A DNA stretch of 60,577 nt from a candidate division GN15 bacterium (lineage in GTDB: Bacteria > Zixibacteria > MSB-5A5 > GN15 > FEB-12): positions 1-60,577 of the forward strand of contig WJMS01000257.1 of NCBI GenBank assembly GCA_014727815.1, read 5' to 3'. Both the position numbers and the translations under genes were made by a program. The notes under the pieces are model-generated. The model was not told the origin of the DNA, did no database searches, and saw only the letters and a list, made by a program, of their open reading frames with translations. Positions 44,642 through 53,127 of this stretch are shown here, piece by piece. Each line of letters starts with the position of its first letter. Within the stretch, counting starts at the first letter, position 1.

Positions 44642-47356
44642 TCAGCCCCGCATCGGGGCGGTTTGACCGGCCTGCGCCAGGGCTGCAAGGCGTTCCTGCG
44701 CCGGCTTGAAGCCGGGGTCGAGCTGGATGATGCGACGGTAGCCCATGATCGCCGAATCCGTATGTCCCATATTGAGATAGCACTCCGACAGATGAAACAA
44801 CGCGAGCAGGTCGGCCGGATGCGAGACCAGATAACGTTCGTAATACGCCAGGGCCTGCTCGAAACGCCCCCCCTGACGGTGCAAATCACCGATAATATGG
44901 ACAATTTCTGACTGGTCTGGCGACACCGCGAGTGCATGTTCCAGCAACTCGATGGCCTCGGCCGCGCGGTCCAAACGGGCCAGGGTTAAGCCAAGATTGC
45001 GAGTCGCCGAGAAGTCCCTCGATTCCAGCCGAAGCGCCTCGCGGTAGAAGAGCTCGGCCTGGTCGAACTGTTCCGTTTTGAAATAGCAGTTGGCGAGGTC
45101 ATTGTACGTCGCAGCTGTCGCCTCCTCCGCCTCGATGAGCTGACGGTAATGAAGTGCAGCGTCCTCATAGCGTCCCAACGCAAACAGCGATTGGGCCATC
45201 GCCAGGTGCTCGTCGCTGTCGGTCGTCTCGATGTCCTTCATTCTCGAGAGCAGCTCGGCCGCCTCATCGTAGCGGCCAGATTCGCGATAAATCTCGATCA
45301 GTTTCGCCAGCGCGGTCGTGTTTTCCGGCTCGTGTTCCAGCACCTCGCGGTAGTGGCTTTCGGCCGAGCCATAGTCGCCGCGCCTAAAGGCGATGTATGC
45401 AAGGCCGAGATGGGACGACACCTCGTAAGCGCCCGCTTCGAGTTGACGGGTGAAATGTAACTCGGCTTTTTCCCAGTCATGTTCGGCCAGGAAGATCTGG
45501 CCGAGTCGCACCGCTGTCTTGAGATAGGTGGGCGACAGTCCCGCCGTTTGCAGCAGATACTTCTTCTCGCTCTCGGTATCCTCCAGTTCGTGCGCGAGGA
45601 GTGCCAGACCATAGTAGGCGGAGATGCGGCTGTCGATATGCTGCAGGATGAGCGGGTCGTGCTCTTTACTCGGCTCGTAGGCGGCCTGAGCGGCGAGATA
45701 GCCTTCGTAGGCCTCTTTCGCGTCGTCCAGTCGTGCCATGGTGCTGAGAATGTGCCCTCGAAGCAGCAGCGGGTCGAGATAGTCGGGGCGAATCTTCAGG
45801 GCGCGGTCACAGGAGTCCAGCGCCTTGTCGAACTGCTTGGTCTTGTAGTAGCACCAACCGAGCTGGTCAAGCGCCATAAGATGGAGGTGGCGACGGTTGC
45901 GGGTTGACGGATCGGTCAGTTCGACCACCCGATGGGCTGACTCCAGAAGCTGCCGCGCATCCTCGTCGTCGAAGTCGTCCTTGCCCCGAAGCAGCTGGGC
46001 GTAGTTGAAGTGAGCGAACGGATCGTTCGGGTTTTGCTCCAGTTGTTTTTCGAGCAAGGCCCGGGAGCGTTCCACCTTGCGGCGCATTTTCTCTTTCGAC
46101 AGCCCGTAACCGTAGTGCTTGAGTTTGACACCAATACGGGCCGTACGGGCATCGGCTGGCACCTGCAGTTGGTTGTGAACGATGCCATCGTAACGCAGGT
46201 TGAGCCGGCGGCGGAACAGCCGCATTGACGGCAGGAAGGTCACCTGGTCCGGTTTGTCGGTGTATACATTGAAGACATCGAGACAGACAATGTCGTAGCG
46301 TTCGTCCTTGAGGACCGGCTTTAGCCGGGGAATGTCCTCGACCACAATCTCCTCGTCGGCGTCGATGATAAACACCCAGTCACAGGTCGCCTGCTCGATA
46401 GAGTAGTTGCGATGTTTGGAGAAGTCACCTTCCCATTCCTGATGGAAGACCTTGGCGCCGAAGCTTTCGGCGATTTCGACCGTTCGGTCGGTAGAACCGG
46501 TGTCAACGATGACGATTTCATCGACCCAGTCGCGAATCGACTCGAGGCAGCCCGGCAACAGCTCTTCTTCGTTTTTGACAATCATGCAGGCCGAGACAGT
46601 CGGGCGGTCGATCAGGTCGGCCTCGAGCATCCGCAACTCCTGCACCTGTCGGCAGCTTGATAAACCGCGGCGGATGACGTCGTGCGCTTCGTCACGCCGA
46701 CTCAGGCGAGCCAGAACGCGGGCCAGGTTCAGATACGGCAGATAGTTGTGCGACAGGGCCGCGATCGACTGTTCCATCGGTTCGATCGCCTCTTCCAGGC
46801 GATTGCTGTCCATGTAAGCCGAGCCGATGATATTCAGCAGTTGCGAGCGGTGGGCGTCGGTAACGGCGAAGTCGAAGCCCGGAATCTCAGCATTACCGGA
46901 CGCTTCCAAAGCTCCGAGGTATTTCTCACCGAGTTCGATGGTGCGCTGGTGTTCGCCCATAGAGATGGCGACAAAGGCCAGGATGAAGGCAAAATCGGCC
47001 GAATCCGGCAGCAACGCGTCGCCTCGTTTGGCAGCCTGTTCGGCCTTGTCGAGTTGACCGAGCGCGGCAAAGCCGAAGGCGAGCAGGCGGTCGTAATGTA
47101 CTCGCTGGCGCTTGTCCGGGAACGGATACTTCGGCTCCAGCGGCACGATCGCTTCGGGGATCTTGTCGTGCTGGAAAGCGGTCAGATAATAGGTGCCGAG
47201 CGCCAGCCGCGCGGATATATCATCGGGATCCCGTCGTACACGAACCAGCAATTCATCGAGGCTGACCGCCCGGGGCCGCGATTGGACATCAGTTCGCGCT
47301 GTGCGGGGAGATTTTTTCTTTTTGCGTTTGGCCTGTTTGCGGGATGTTCCAGCCAT
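44642..47356 (-). CDS. TPR - family-2 glycosyltransferase - TPR protein (candidate flagellin glycosyltransferase)
   Basis: 904 aa. The central GT2 core is VSACMIVKNEEELLPGCLESI...IVDTGSTDRT...FIIDADEE (DxD), flanked on both sides by multiple TPRs. Located between fliW and the flagellin gene. Confidence 0.85.
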   Translation of the reverse strand: MAGTSRKQAKRKKKKSPRTARTDVQSRPRAVSLDELLVRVRRDPDDISARLALGTYYLTAFQHDKIPEAIVPLEPKYPFPDKRQRVHYDRLLAFGFAALGQLDKAEQAAKRGDALLPDSADFAFILAFVAISMGEHQRTIELGEKYLGALEASGNAEIPGFDFAVTDAHRSQLLNIIGSAYMDSNRLEEAIEPMEQSIAALSHNYLPYLNLARVLARLSRRDEAHDVIRRGLSSCRQVQELRMLEADLIDRPTVSACMIVKNEEELLPGCLESIRDWVDEIVIVDTGSTDRTVEIAESFGAKVFHQEWEGDFSKHRNYSIEQATCDWVFIIDADEEIVVEDIPRLKPVLKDERYDIVCLDVFNVYTDKPDQVTFLPSMRLFRRRLNLRYDGIVHNQLQVPADARTARIGVKLKHYGYGLSKEKMRRKVERSRALLEKQLEQNPNDPFAHFNYAQLLRGKDDFDDEDARQLLESAHRVVELTDPSTRNRRHLHLMALDQLGWCYYKTKQFDKALDSCDRALKIRPDYLDPLLLRGHILSTMARLDDAKEAYEGYLAAQAAYEPSKEHDPLILQHIDSRISAYYGLALLAHELEDTESEKKYLLQTAGLSPTYLKTAVRLGQIFLAEHDWEKAELHFTRQLEAGAYEVSSHLGLAYIAFRRGDYGSAESHYREVLEHEPENTTALAKLIEIYRESGRYDEAAELLSRMKDIETTDSDEHLAMAQSLFALGRYEDAALHYRQLIEAEEATAATYNDLANCYFKTEQFDQAELFYREALRLESRDFSATRNLGLTLARLDRAAEAIELLEHALAVSPDQSEIVHIIGDLHRQGGRFEQALAYYERYLVSHPADLLALFHLSECYLNMGHTDSAIMGYRRIIQLDPGFKPAQERLAALAQAGQTAPMRG

Positions 47357-47424
47357 GGAAACGGTCCTTTCCTATCGGGATACACGCGTGACAATGCGGC
47401 CGGGTGCGAGCGCGACTCGAGTGT

Positions 47425-47904
47425 TTACAGCTCGACCAGCTCTTCGGCCGGCTGTTCCACCATCTCATCTGCCTTCTCGAGTTCGTCGAGGAGGAAATGG
47501 CGCACGCGATACGATGAGTTCACCAGCACCAGCTGCTTGGCCAGGTTCGTCTCGGTATTGACCAGAATCGGTCCCTGCAGGTTGGCCGAGATCTGTTGGG
47601 GATCGTCGGGAATCGTCACGATGCAGTAGGTTTCGACCGACCTGACTTCGGCAACCTCCAGTTCGGCGATTTCCTGCGGGTTAACCTCGATATGGTAGCC
47701 CTTGTGAAAGAGCAGCGGGTTGGCCAGCAGGAATGCGACCGCTGGATCCTCGGTTGACTGGAACCACAAGAAGGGTCGCAGATCCTCGATATCGACCAGG
47801 CAGAACGTGGCCAGCTGTTCGAACCCAAGGATGGGTCGGGCCATAGTGATTATCTTGTCGTCCGGCACATCCAATGGTCCAAAGCGAAGACTGTGTACGA
47901 TCAT
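47425..47904 (-). CDS. fliW: flagellar assembly factor FliW
   Basis: FGPLDVPDDKIITMARPILGFEQL..FCLVDIEDLRPFLWFQS...ANLQGPILVNTETNLAKQLVL is the typical FliW pattern. 159 aa. Confidence 0.9.
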   Translation of the reverse strand: MIVHSLRFGPLDVPDDKIITMARPILGFEQLATFCLVDIEDLRPFLWFQSTEDPAVAFLLANPLLFHKGYHIEVNPQEIAELEVAEVRSVETYCIVTIPDDPQQISANLQGPILVNTETNLAKQLVLVNSSYRVRHFLLDELEKADEMVEQPAEELVEL

Positions 47905-47924
47905 ATCCTATCCTCGTCTCCCCC

Positions 47925-49865
47925 TTACCGGCTCAGGAAGTCCAGCAGGCTGGGTTGTATGATTTTGGCGCTGGCGAGCAACGCCGACTGATAATTGGCT
48001 TCATGGGTTGACAGTTTCGTCAGCACTTCGGTGATATCCGCGTCTTCAACCTCGGACAGCAGCCGGGTGAAGCTCAGCTCCTGGTCAACCAGGCGGGTGT
48101 CAGTAGTCTCCAGACGAACCGTTCTGGTACCGACCGTGCCCCGAACATCGAGCAATTCCTGGATACTCCGATCGAGCGGCTCAAGCAGGATACCGGCACC
48201 CTCTCGGTCGTTGTTTTCAAGGGCATTGCCGAGCATGATCAGGGTTCCAATCATGTCGGTAGAGCCGTAGATGCCAAGATCCTTGGCGGCGTCGCTGTTG
48301 CCGACATCCTCGATCGTCAGTGATCGGTTCGGGTCGTTATTCTCAATTTGAATACCGGTGCCGTTGGCGTTGATCGACGCCACGATATCGACACTGGCAC
48401 TGTTGAGCCGATCAAGTACATCCTGTATGGTAGTTATGGTCGGATCGTCGAGGTCGAGGACGAAATTGCGTTCGCCCTGCCAGATACTTATCTCGCCGCG
48501 GTTGAAGTCGTTGCCCGTATTCAGGTCGGCCAGCAGGCTGTCGGCGGTGAGCAACGGATCGAGGTCATCGCCGGGCTGGTCGACGTAAAACGTCTTGAGC
48601 AACCCGAGATCCTCGGCAGTACTGCCGCCGTTTTCGGCGACCTCAAAGGAAACGCCGGGATTGAGATCGGCGCCGACCAGCTGCGCGCCGATCGAGCCGG
48701 CAATGCCCAGTTGCTGAGCGATATTGTAGTTGTCCGGCGGGTCTTCGATCTGCAAACCGATTGGCGGCAGGTTGGTATCATCAATCTGCAGACCGGTGCT
48801 GGCAGCGTTCAGACTCATCGAGACGTTGTTCAGTTCCGGGTGGGCCACGGCAGCCGCCGTCAGGGCATCGTTGAACAACGTAATCACATCATCGATCGTC
48901 TCGGCCGAGGAAACATCGATCGGCACATCGATCGCGCCACCGTCAAACAGCCGGAACGTACCCGGTTCGAGAATGACGCCGGCGCCGTCATGCAGCCGAT
49001 CCAGCTTGGTATCGCCGGTGATTTGCCCGCTGGGGGTGGTGTTCCAGAGGATGTTGTTACCCTCAGGCGAGAGCTCGGCCACCACATCGGTAATGCCGGC
49101 GGCGGCCAGATCGGCATTGATCTGCGTGATCGCCTGGTCGATAGTCGTGATCGCCGGGTCGCTCAGGTCGATCGTGGCGGTAACATTCAGGTTGTGATCG
49201 GTGACGGTGAAGCCGGCGGCCTGGTCGATGCCATCACCACGGTGCAGGTCGACCAGCAGCGTGCCGGCGGACACACCCACATTCAAGTCGGCCTCTTCGC
49301 CGATAACTCCGATCTGCTTGAGGAAAACTTCAGTGCCGGGCAGGTTGATGCTCAACCGCTGGCTGTTGTCGACTTCGAATTCGATAGCGCCGTCATTGCC
49401 CTCATAGACCGCACCCGTTCCGGTTATATTGAACGGCGTGGTACGAGTCCGAAAGCCTGCGAATATCGAGCGATCCTCGAGCTTGGTGTTCGCCAGCGTC
49501 GTGATCTGGTCTATCAATGAGCGGACCTGACTGGCCGAGGCTTCGCGGGCGATATCGTCGTACGTGTCGTTCGACATCGCCACCGCCATCTCCTTGGCCT
49601 CGGAGACGAAGTTTTTCACGTCGCTCAGGACCTGATCGTACGTGGCTGTCCAGGTCATCGCCTGGCTGATATTCTTGCGGAACTGCTCGATCTTGGCCAG
49701 TTCGGTGCGGTAGTTGAGATCGCGCAGCGTGCCGGAAGGGTCGTCCGATGGTTTGTTGATGCGCCGTCCTGAAGACATCTGCGTCTCCAGGTCGAAAAAG
49801 CGCTGCAGCGAACGTTGCATGTTGAACACGACCTGGTTCTGGATCATGTTGTTGGTAACACGCAT
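47925..49865 (-). CDS. flgL: flagellar hook-associated protein 3 FlgL (expanded, 646 aa)
   Basis: N-terminus MRVTNNMIQNQVVFNMQRSLQR...GRRINKPSDDPSG and C-terminus ITEVLTKLSTHEANYQSALLASAKIIQPSLLDFL are flagellin-like HAP3 ends. The ~330 aa middle contains three related repeats. Confidence 0.85.
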   Translation of the reverse strand: MRVTNNMIQNQVVFNMQRSLQRFFDLETQMSSGRRINKPSDDPSGTLRDLNYRTELAKIEQFRKNISQAMTWTATYDQVLSDVKNFVSEAKEMAVAMSNDTYDDIAREASASQVRSLIDQITTLANTKLEDRSIFAGFRTRTTPFNITGTGAVYEGNDGAIEFEVDNSQRLSINLPGTEVFLKQIGVIGEEADLNVGVSAGTLLVDLHRGDGIDQAAGFTVTDHNLNVTATIDLSDPAITTIDQAITQINADLAAAGITDVVAELSPEGNNILWNTTPSGQITGDTKLDRLHDGAGVILEPGTFRLFDGGAIDVPIDVSSAETIDDVITLFNDALTAAAVAHPELNNVSMSLNAASTGLQIDDTNLPPIGLQIEDPPDNYNIAQQLGIAGSIGAQLVGADLNPGVSFEVAENGGSTAEDLGLLKTFYVDQPGDDLDPLLTADSLLADLNTGNDFNRGEISIWQGERNFVLDLDDPTITTIQDVLDRLNSASVDIVASINANGTGIQIENNDPNRSLTIEDVGNSDAAKDLGIYGSTDMIGTLIMLGNALENNDREGAGILLEPLDRSIQELLDVRGTVGTRTVRLETTDTRLVDQELSFTRLLSEVEDADITEVLTKLSTHEANYQSALLASAKIIQPSLLDFLSR

Positions 49866-49876
49866 ACTGGCCCCTT

Positions 49877-50221
49877 TCAGGCAGACTTTCCGTCGTTGAG
49901 CGAATCCGGGTTGCGCTTGTCTTTGCCACCGCCCGGTTTCTTTTTGTTTTTGTAGTCGACCACCGAGGAGTCCTCGGGCTCATCGCCCTTGATCTTGTCT
50001 TTCAAGACATTGACCATGTTAATCAGGTCACCCTTGATCGTCTTGAGCGCCTTGCGGTTCTCTTCCTGGATCTTGACGTAAATCTCCTCGCGATGTACGA
50101 CCACATTGGCCGGCGCCTCGATCCCGAGCCGCACCTGTCGTCCGCGAATGCCCAGAACGGAGACGCGAATCTCGTCGCCGATCGTGATGCATTCGCCCAA
50201 CTTCCGTGTAAGTATCAGCAC
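49877..50221 (-). CDS. csrA: carbon storage regulator CsrA with ~45 aa C-terminal extension
   Basis: [48 protein letters not shown] is a canonical CsrA core. It is followed by a Lys/Asp/Gly-rich tail. 114 aa. Confidence 0.9.
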   Translation of the reverse strand: MLILTRKLGECITIGDEIRVSVLGIRGRQVRLGIEAPANVVVHREEIYVKIQEENRKALKTIKGDLINMVNVLKDKIKGDEPEDSSVVDYKNKKKPGGGKDKRNPDSLNDGKSA

Positions 50222-50266
50222 TGAGTGACCCTCCTTGGTGCCGTCCGGCTCACTGCCGGTCTACTG

Positions 50267-51658
50267 CTATCGTCCCACAATTCCCATCGAGGAGATGACC
50301 GTGTCGAGTGCCTGGTCCATGGTGGTGATGACTCGCGCGGCAGCGTCGTACGCGTGCTGGAATTTGATCATGTTGGCCATTTCCTCATCCAGGGACACGC
50401 CCTGGACCGACTGCCGGCTGTTATCAATCTGCTGGGCCAGGAGCTCGAAGTTCTTCGTGAACGAGCCCGCCTCGTGAGTTTCCACGCCCAATGTCCCTAT
50501 CAGGCTGCTGTAAAAGTCGTTTATCGTCTGGGTATCGTTGTTCATGACCGTCTGGTTGCGCAAATCCGACAGCGCCAGGGCGATCTGGTTGTCACCATCG
50601 GGAGTCGTCCCCGCCGCGATCTTGTTCATGTCGGCCTCGATCGCCGGGTTGAGCCGAATCGTCAGGGCATCGGTAAAATTCGGATCGAAAAAGTTGATCC
50701 CGGTGTCACCGTCGAGCCCGTATCCGCTGCTGTGGATGGCGTTGACCTGCTCCACGAGCGTCCGAGCAAGATCATCGAGTTGCCGCTGGTACTCCGGAAT
50801 GACGCGATCGCGCGACTCGATAAGCCCGGACAACTGGCCGTTTTTGTTGGTGAGCTGCACTGACGTGCCTTGCCAGACCAGGCGACTGGTCGGAACACCG
50901 TTTTTGCTCTCGACTTCGGTCCCGATATCAAAACTCTCGCTGCCGTCGACCAGCGCCATCCCGCCCATCTGGACGATCGTGGAACCGTTGTCTTTCTCGA
51001 CGACACGCACGTCGATCAGCTCGGAGAGCTGGTCGGTCAGCAGGTCGCGGGCGTCGCGCAGGTCGTTGGCCCGACGGCCGCCCAGTTCCTGTGACTTGAT
51101 CTGGTCGTTTAACCCGGCGATTTCCCGGGTAAGCTGGTTGACCTGGCTGGTGACGACATTCATGTCGCGATCGACCGAGGCCCGCAGCGCATCGAGTTTC
51201 TGCGCGAGTTGCTTGATACCGTTGATCAACTGGTCGGCTTCGGCCAGGATCAGTTTGCGGTTGTTCGACGAGTCGGAGTTGGTCGCCAACTGCGACCAGG
51301 AATCAAAAAACTTGTTGAGCAGTTCATTGAGCGAGTTCTCCTGCGGCTCGTTGAACAGCGATTCGATCTGCTGCAGGGTTTTGCTCTTGTAGCCCCACTG
51401 CCCTTCCGATTTGCGCGCTTCCCGGAACTGTTCACCGAGAAAGAGATCGCGGATCTGGCGGACATCGGTGGCGGTCACACCGGTGCCGATCTGTCCCATC
51501 GAGGCGTCCTCGGGGAAGGTCGACACGATTGTTACGCGCTGGCGAGAGAATCCCGGTGTGTTGACGTTGGCGATATTGTGACCGATCGTCTGCAGGGAGA
51601 ACTGATGGGTCAACAGGGCGCGCTTGCCCACTTCCAGTGATTGCATCAATCCCGGCAT
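50267..51658 (-). CDS. flgK: flagellar hook-associated protein 1 FlgK
   Basis: N-terminus LEVGKRALLTHQFSLQTIGHNIANVNTPGFSRQ and C-terminus GVSLDEEMANMIKFQHAYDAAARVITTMDQALDTV are FlgK signatures. 463 aa. Confidence 0.9.
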   Translation of the reverse strand: MPGLMQSLEVGKRALLTHQFSLQTIGHNIANVNTPGFSRQRVTIVSTFPEDASMGQIGTGVTATDVRQIRDLFLGEQFREARKSEGQWGYKSKTLQQIESLFNEPQENSLNELLNKFFDSWSQLATNSDSSNNRKLILAEADQLINGIKQLAQKLDALRASVDRDMNVVTSQVNQLTREIAGLNDQIKSQELGGRRANDLRDARDLLTDQLSELIDVRVVEKDNGSTIVQMGGMALVDGSESFDIGTEVESKNGVPTSRLVWQGTSVQLTNKNGQLSGLIESRDRVIPEYQRQLDDLARTLVEQVNAIHSSGYGLDGDTGINFFDPNFTDALTIRLNPAIEADMNKIAAGTTPDGDNQIALALSDLRNQTVMNNDTQTINDFYSSLIGTLGVETHEAGSFTKNFELLAQQIDNSRQSVQGVSLDEEMANMIKFQHAYDAAARVITTMDQALDTVISSMGIVGR

Positions 51659-52143
51659 CAGGCCCTCCTGTCCACGGCCATGGCAGCCTCGGACTGAGCC
51701 GGACCGCCGGGGCGGCTGTAGGTTTTGTCGGGATGATGGATTTTCGACAGCATGCTCATCATCCGGGCGATTGACTCGCGCGACTGATTCAGCAGCAGCG
51801 CGTTTGAGTTGCGCACCGCGCCGATCTGCTCATTGAGCGTGAGGATCAGCTGCTGCAGCCGGGTCAGCTGGGTCGCCTGCGTGTCATCGACCAGTTCGAG
51901 CAGGCGCGACAGCGTGAGGTCACCCTCGATATCATAGCCGGCCCGGAGCTGTTCGATAGTCTCCTCGCGCTCCCGGTGCAATGCCTGGGTGTCGGCTACG
52001 ACCTGTCGCTGCTCGGCCGTCACCGCATTGAGGCGGGTCAGGTCGTTGGCGACCAGGGCTTGCTGTTGCTGCTCGAGAAGCGTGAGATAGCGATCGAAGG
52101 CGGCAGCTTCCCTGCTGATGATGTTGATCAGACGGTCAATCAT
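51658..52143 (-). CDS. flgN: flagellar chaperone FlgN
   Basis: 161 aa helical protein (LTLLEQQQQALVANDLTRLNAVTAEQ) directly upstream of flgK, with a 1 nt overlap. Confidence 0.7.
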   Translation of the reverse strand: MIDRLINIISREAAAFDRYLTLLEQQQQALVANDLTRLNAVTAEQRQVVADTQALHREREETIEQLRAGYDIEGDLTLSRLLELVDDTQATQLTRLQQLILTLNEQIGAVRNSNALLLNQSRESIARMMSMLSKIHHPDKTYSRPGGPAQSEAAMAVDRRA

Positions 52144-52177
52144 ATCCGATATGTCTTCATGTTTTCGTCCACCGTAT

Positions 52178-52205
52178 GTATCGACTGTTTTCGCACCCGC
52201 CTTAA
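52178..52205 (-). promoter_or_regulatory. sigma-28-like promoter upstream of flgN-flgK
   Basis: Minus strand: TTAAGGCGGGTGCGAAAACAGTCGATAC. That is TAAG-15 nt-GTCGATAC, 6/8 to GCCGATAA. Confidence 0.4.
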
Positions 52206-52209
52206 CCCT

Positions 52210-53127
52210 TTAGCGATCATTCGCTTCAGTGAGTGTGCGAGTGGCCTGGAACAGCCGCGTGACTTTTTCGACATAGTTTTCGGTCTCCGCGTACGGCGGC
52301 ACGCCGCCGTGCTTCTCCACCGCCCCGGGGCCGGCGTTGTATGCGGCCAGGGCCAGCCTGAGATCACCGAACCGGTTGAGCAGCGCCGCCAGGTAGCGGG
52401 TGCCGCCCGCGATGTTCTGGGCCGGGTCAAAACTGTCCGTGACACCCAGGTCGGCAGCCGTGCTGTCCATAAGCTGCATCAGCCCCTTGGCCCCGGCATG
52501 CGACACGGCCTGCGGGTCGCCGTTGGATTCGGCCCGGATAACCGACCGGATCAACGCCGAATCGAGCTTATGCTCGGCGGCGGCCCGGTCGATAATCTCG
52601 CCGAATCGACTCGTAATCGGGTCGGAACCGCTTCGAACACGGTTGCGGATCGGCACGTACGAGGAGTTGTCAGGGATGTCGATTGGTCGACGCACCGGCA
52701 TGCCCGGTGAATCGCCGTCGCGGTCGATGGGAATACCATTCTCCTGAAGCGAGTTCGTTCCACCAGGATCACCTGCGCTGTCGGCGGCTTTGTAGCGGGC
52801 ATCGACTACCTTCTCCAGCGACTTGTACAGCATGCCCGAAATCGACCCGGGGCCGCCCCGCGCAACCCGTCGGCCGATCTCCATGTCGAACATCTGGGTA
52901 AACGTGTCCTTGCCCATCGAGCCGGACATCGGCGTATTCTCCGCCAGGACCGACTTGGGGATAGTCTTGCGCATAGTTTTGAGCAGCTCATACATGAAGA
53001 AGGCCTCAAACTCTTTGGTCGCCTTTTGCAGGCGGGCCTTTTCCTCCGATGCGGTCGCGCCCTTCTGACCGCGCAGCCGTTCGAGACCGGAGACCGGTAC
53101 CGGATCTGTCGCTACGACCGGTTTCAT
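52210..53127 (-). CDS. flgJ: FlgJ-like rod-binding domain fused to SLT lytic transglycosylase
   Basis: The N-terminal segment KEFEAFFMYELLKTMRKT is the rod-binding motif. The C-terminal segment RAESNGDPQAVSHAGAKGLMQLM...AAYNAGPGAV is a family-1 lytic transglycosylase. Confidence 0.8.
   Translation of the reverse strand: MKPVVATDPVPVSGLERLRGQKGATASEEKARLQKATKEFEAFFMYELLKTMRKTIPKSVLAENTPMSGSMGKDTFTQMFDMEIGRRVARGGPGSISGMLYKSLEKVVDARYKAADSAGDPGGTNSLQENGIPIDRDGDSPGMPVRRPIDIPDNSSYVPIRNRVRSGSDPITSRFGEIIDRAAAEHKLDSALIRSVIRAESNGDPQAVSHAGAKGLMQLMDSTAADLGVTDSFDPAQNIAGGTRYLAALLNRFGDLRLALAAYNAGPGAVEKHGGVPPYAETENYVEKVTRLFQATRTLTEANDR

Noticed and set aside
47357-47424. CCCGATAG -10-like box upstream of the TPR-GT2 gene
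   Set aside because: No TAAA-type -35 element lies at any reasonable spacing. The gene is more likely read through from fliW.
52140-52160. Six-codon mini-ORF (MKTYRI) whose stop overlaps the flgN ATG (ATGA)
   Set aside because: ORFs this short arise easily by chance and there is no SD. It is worth revisiting only if conserved in relatives.
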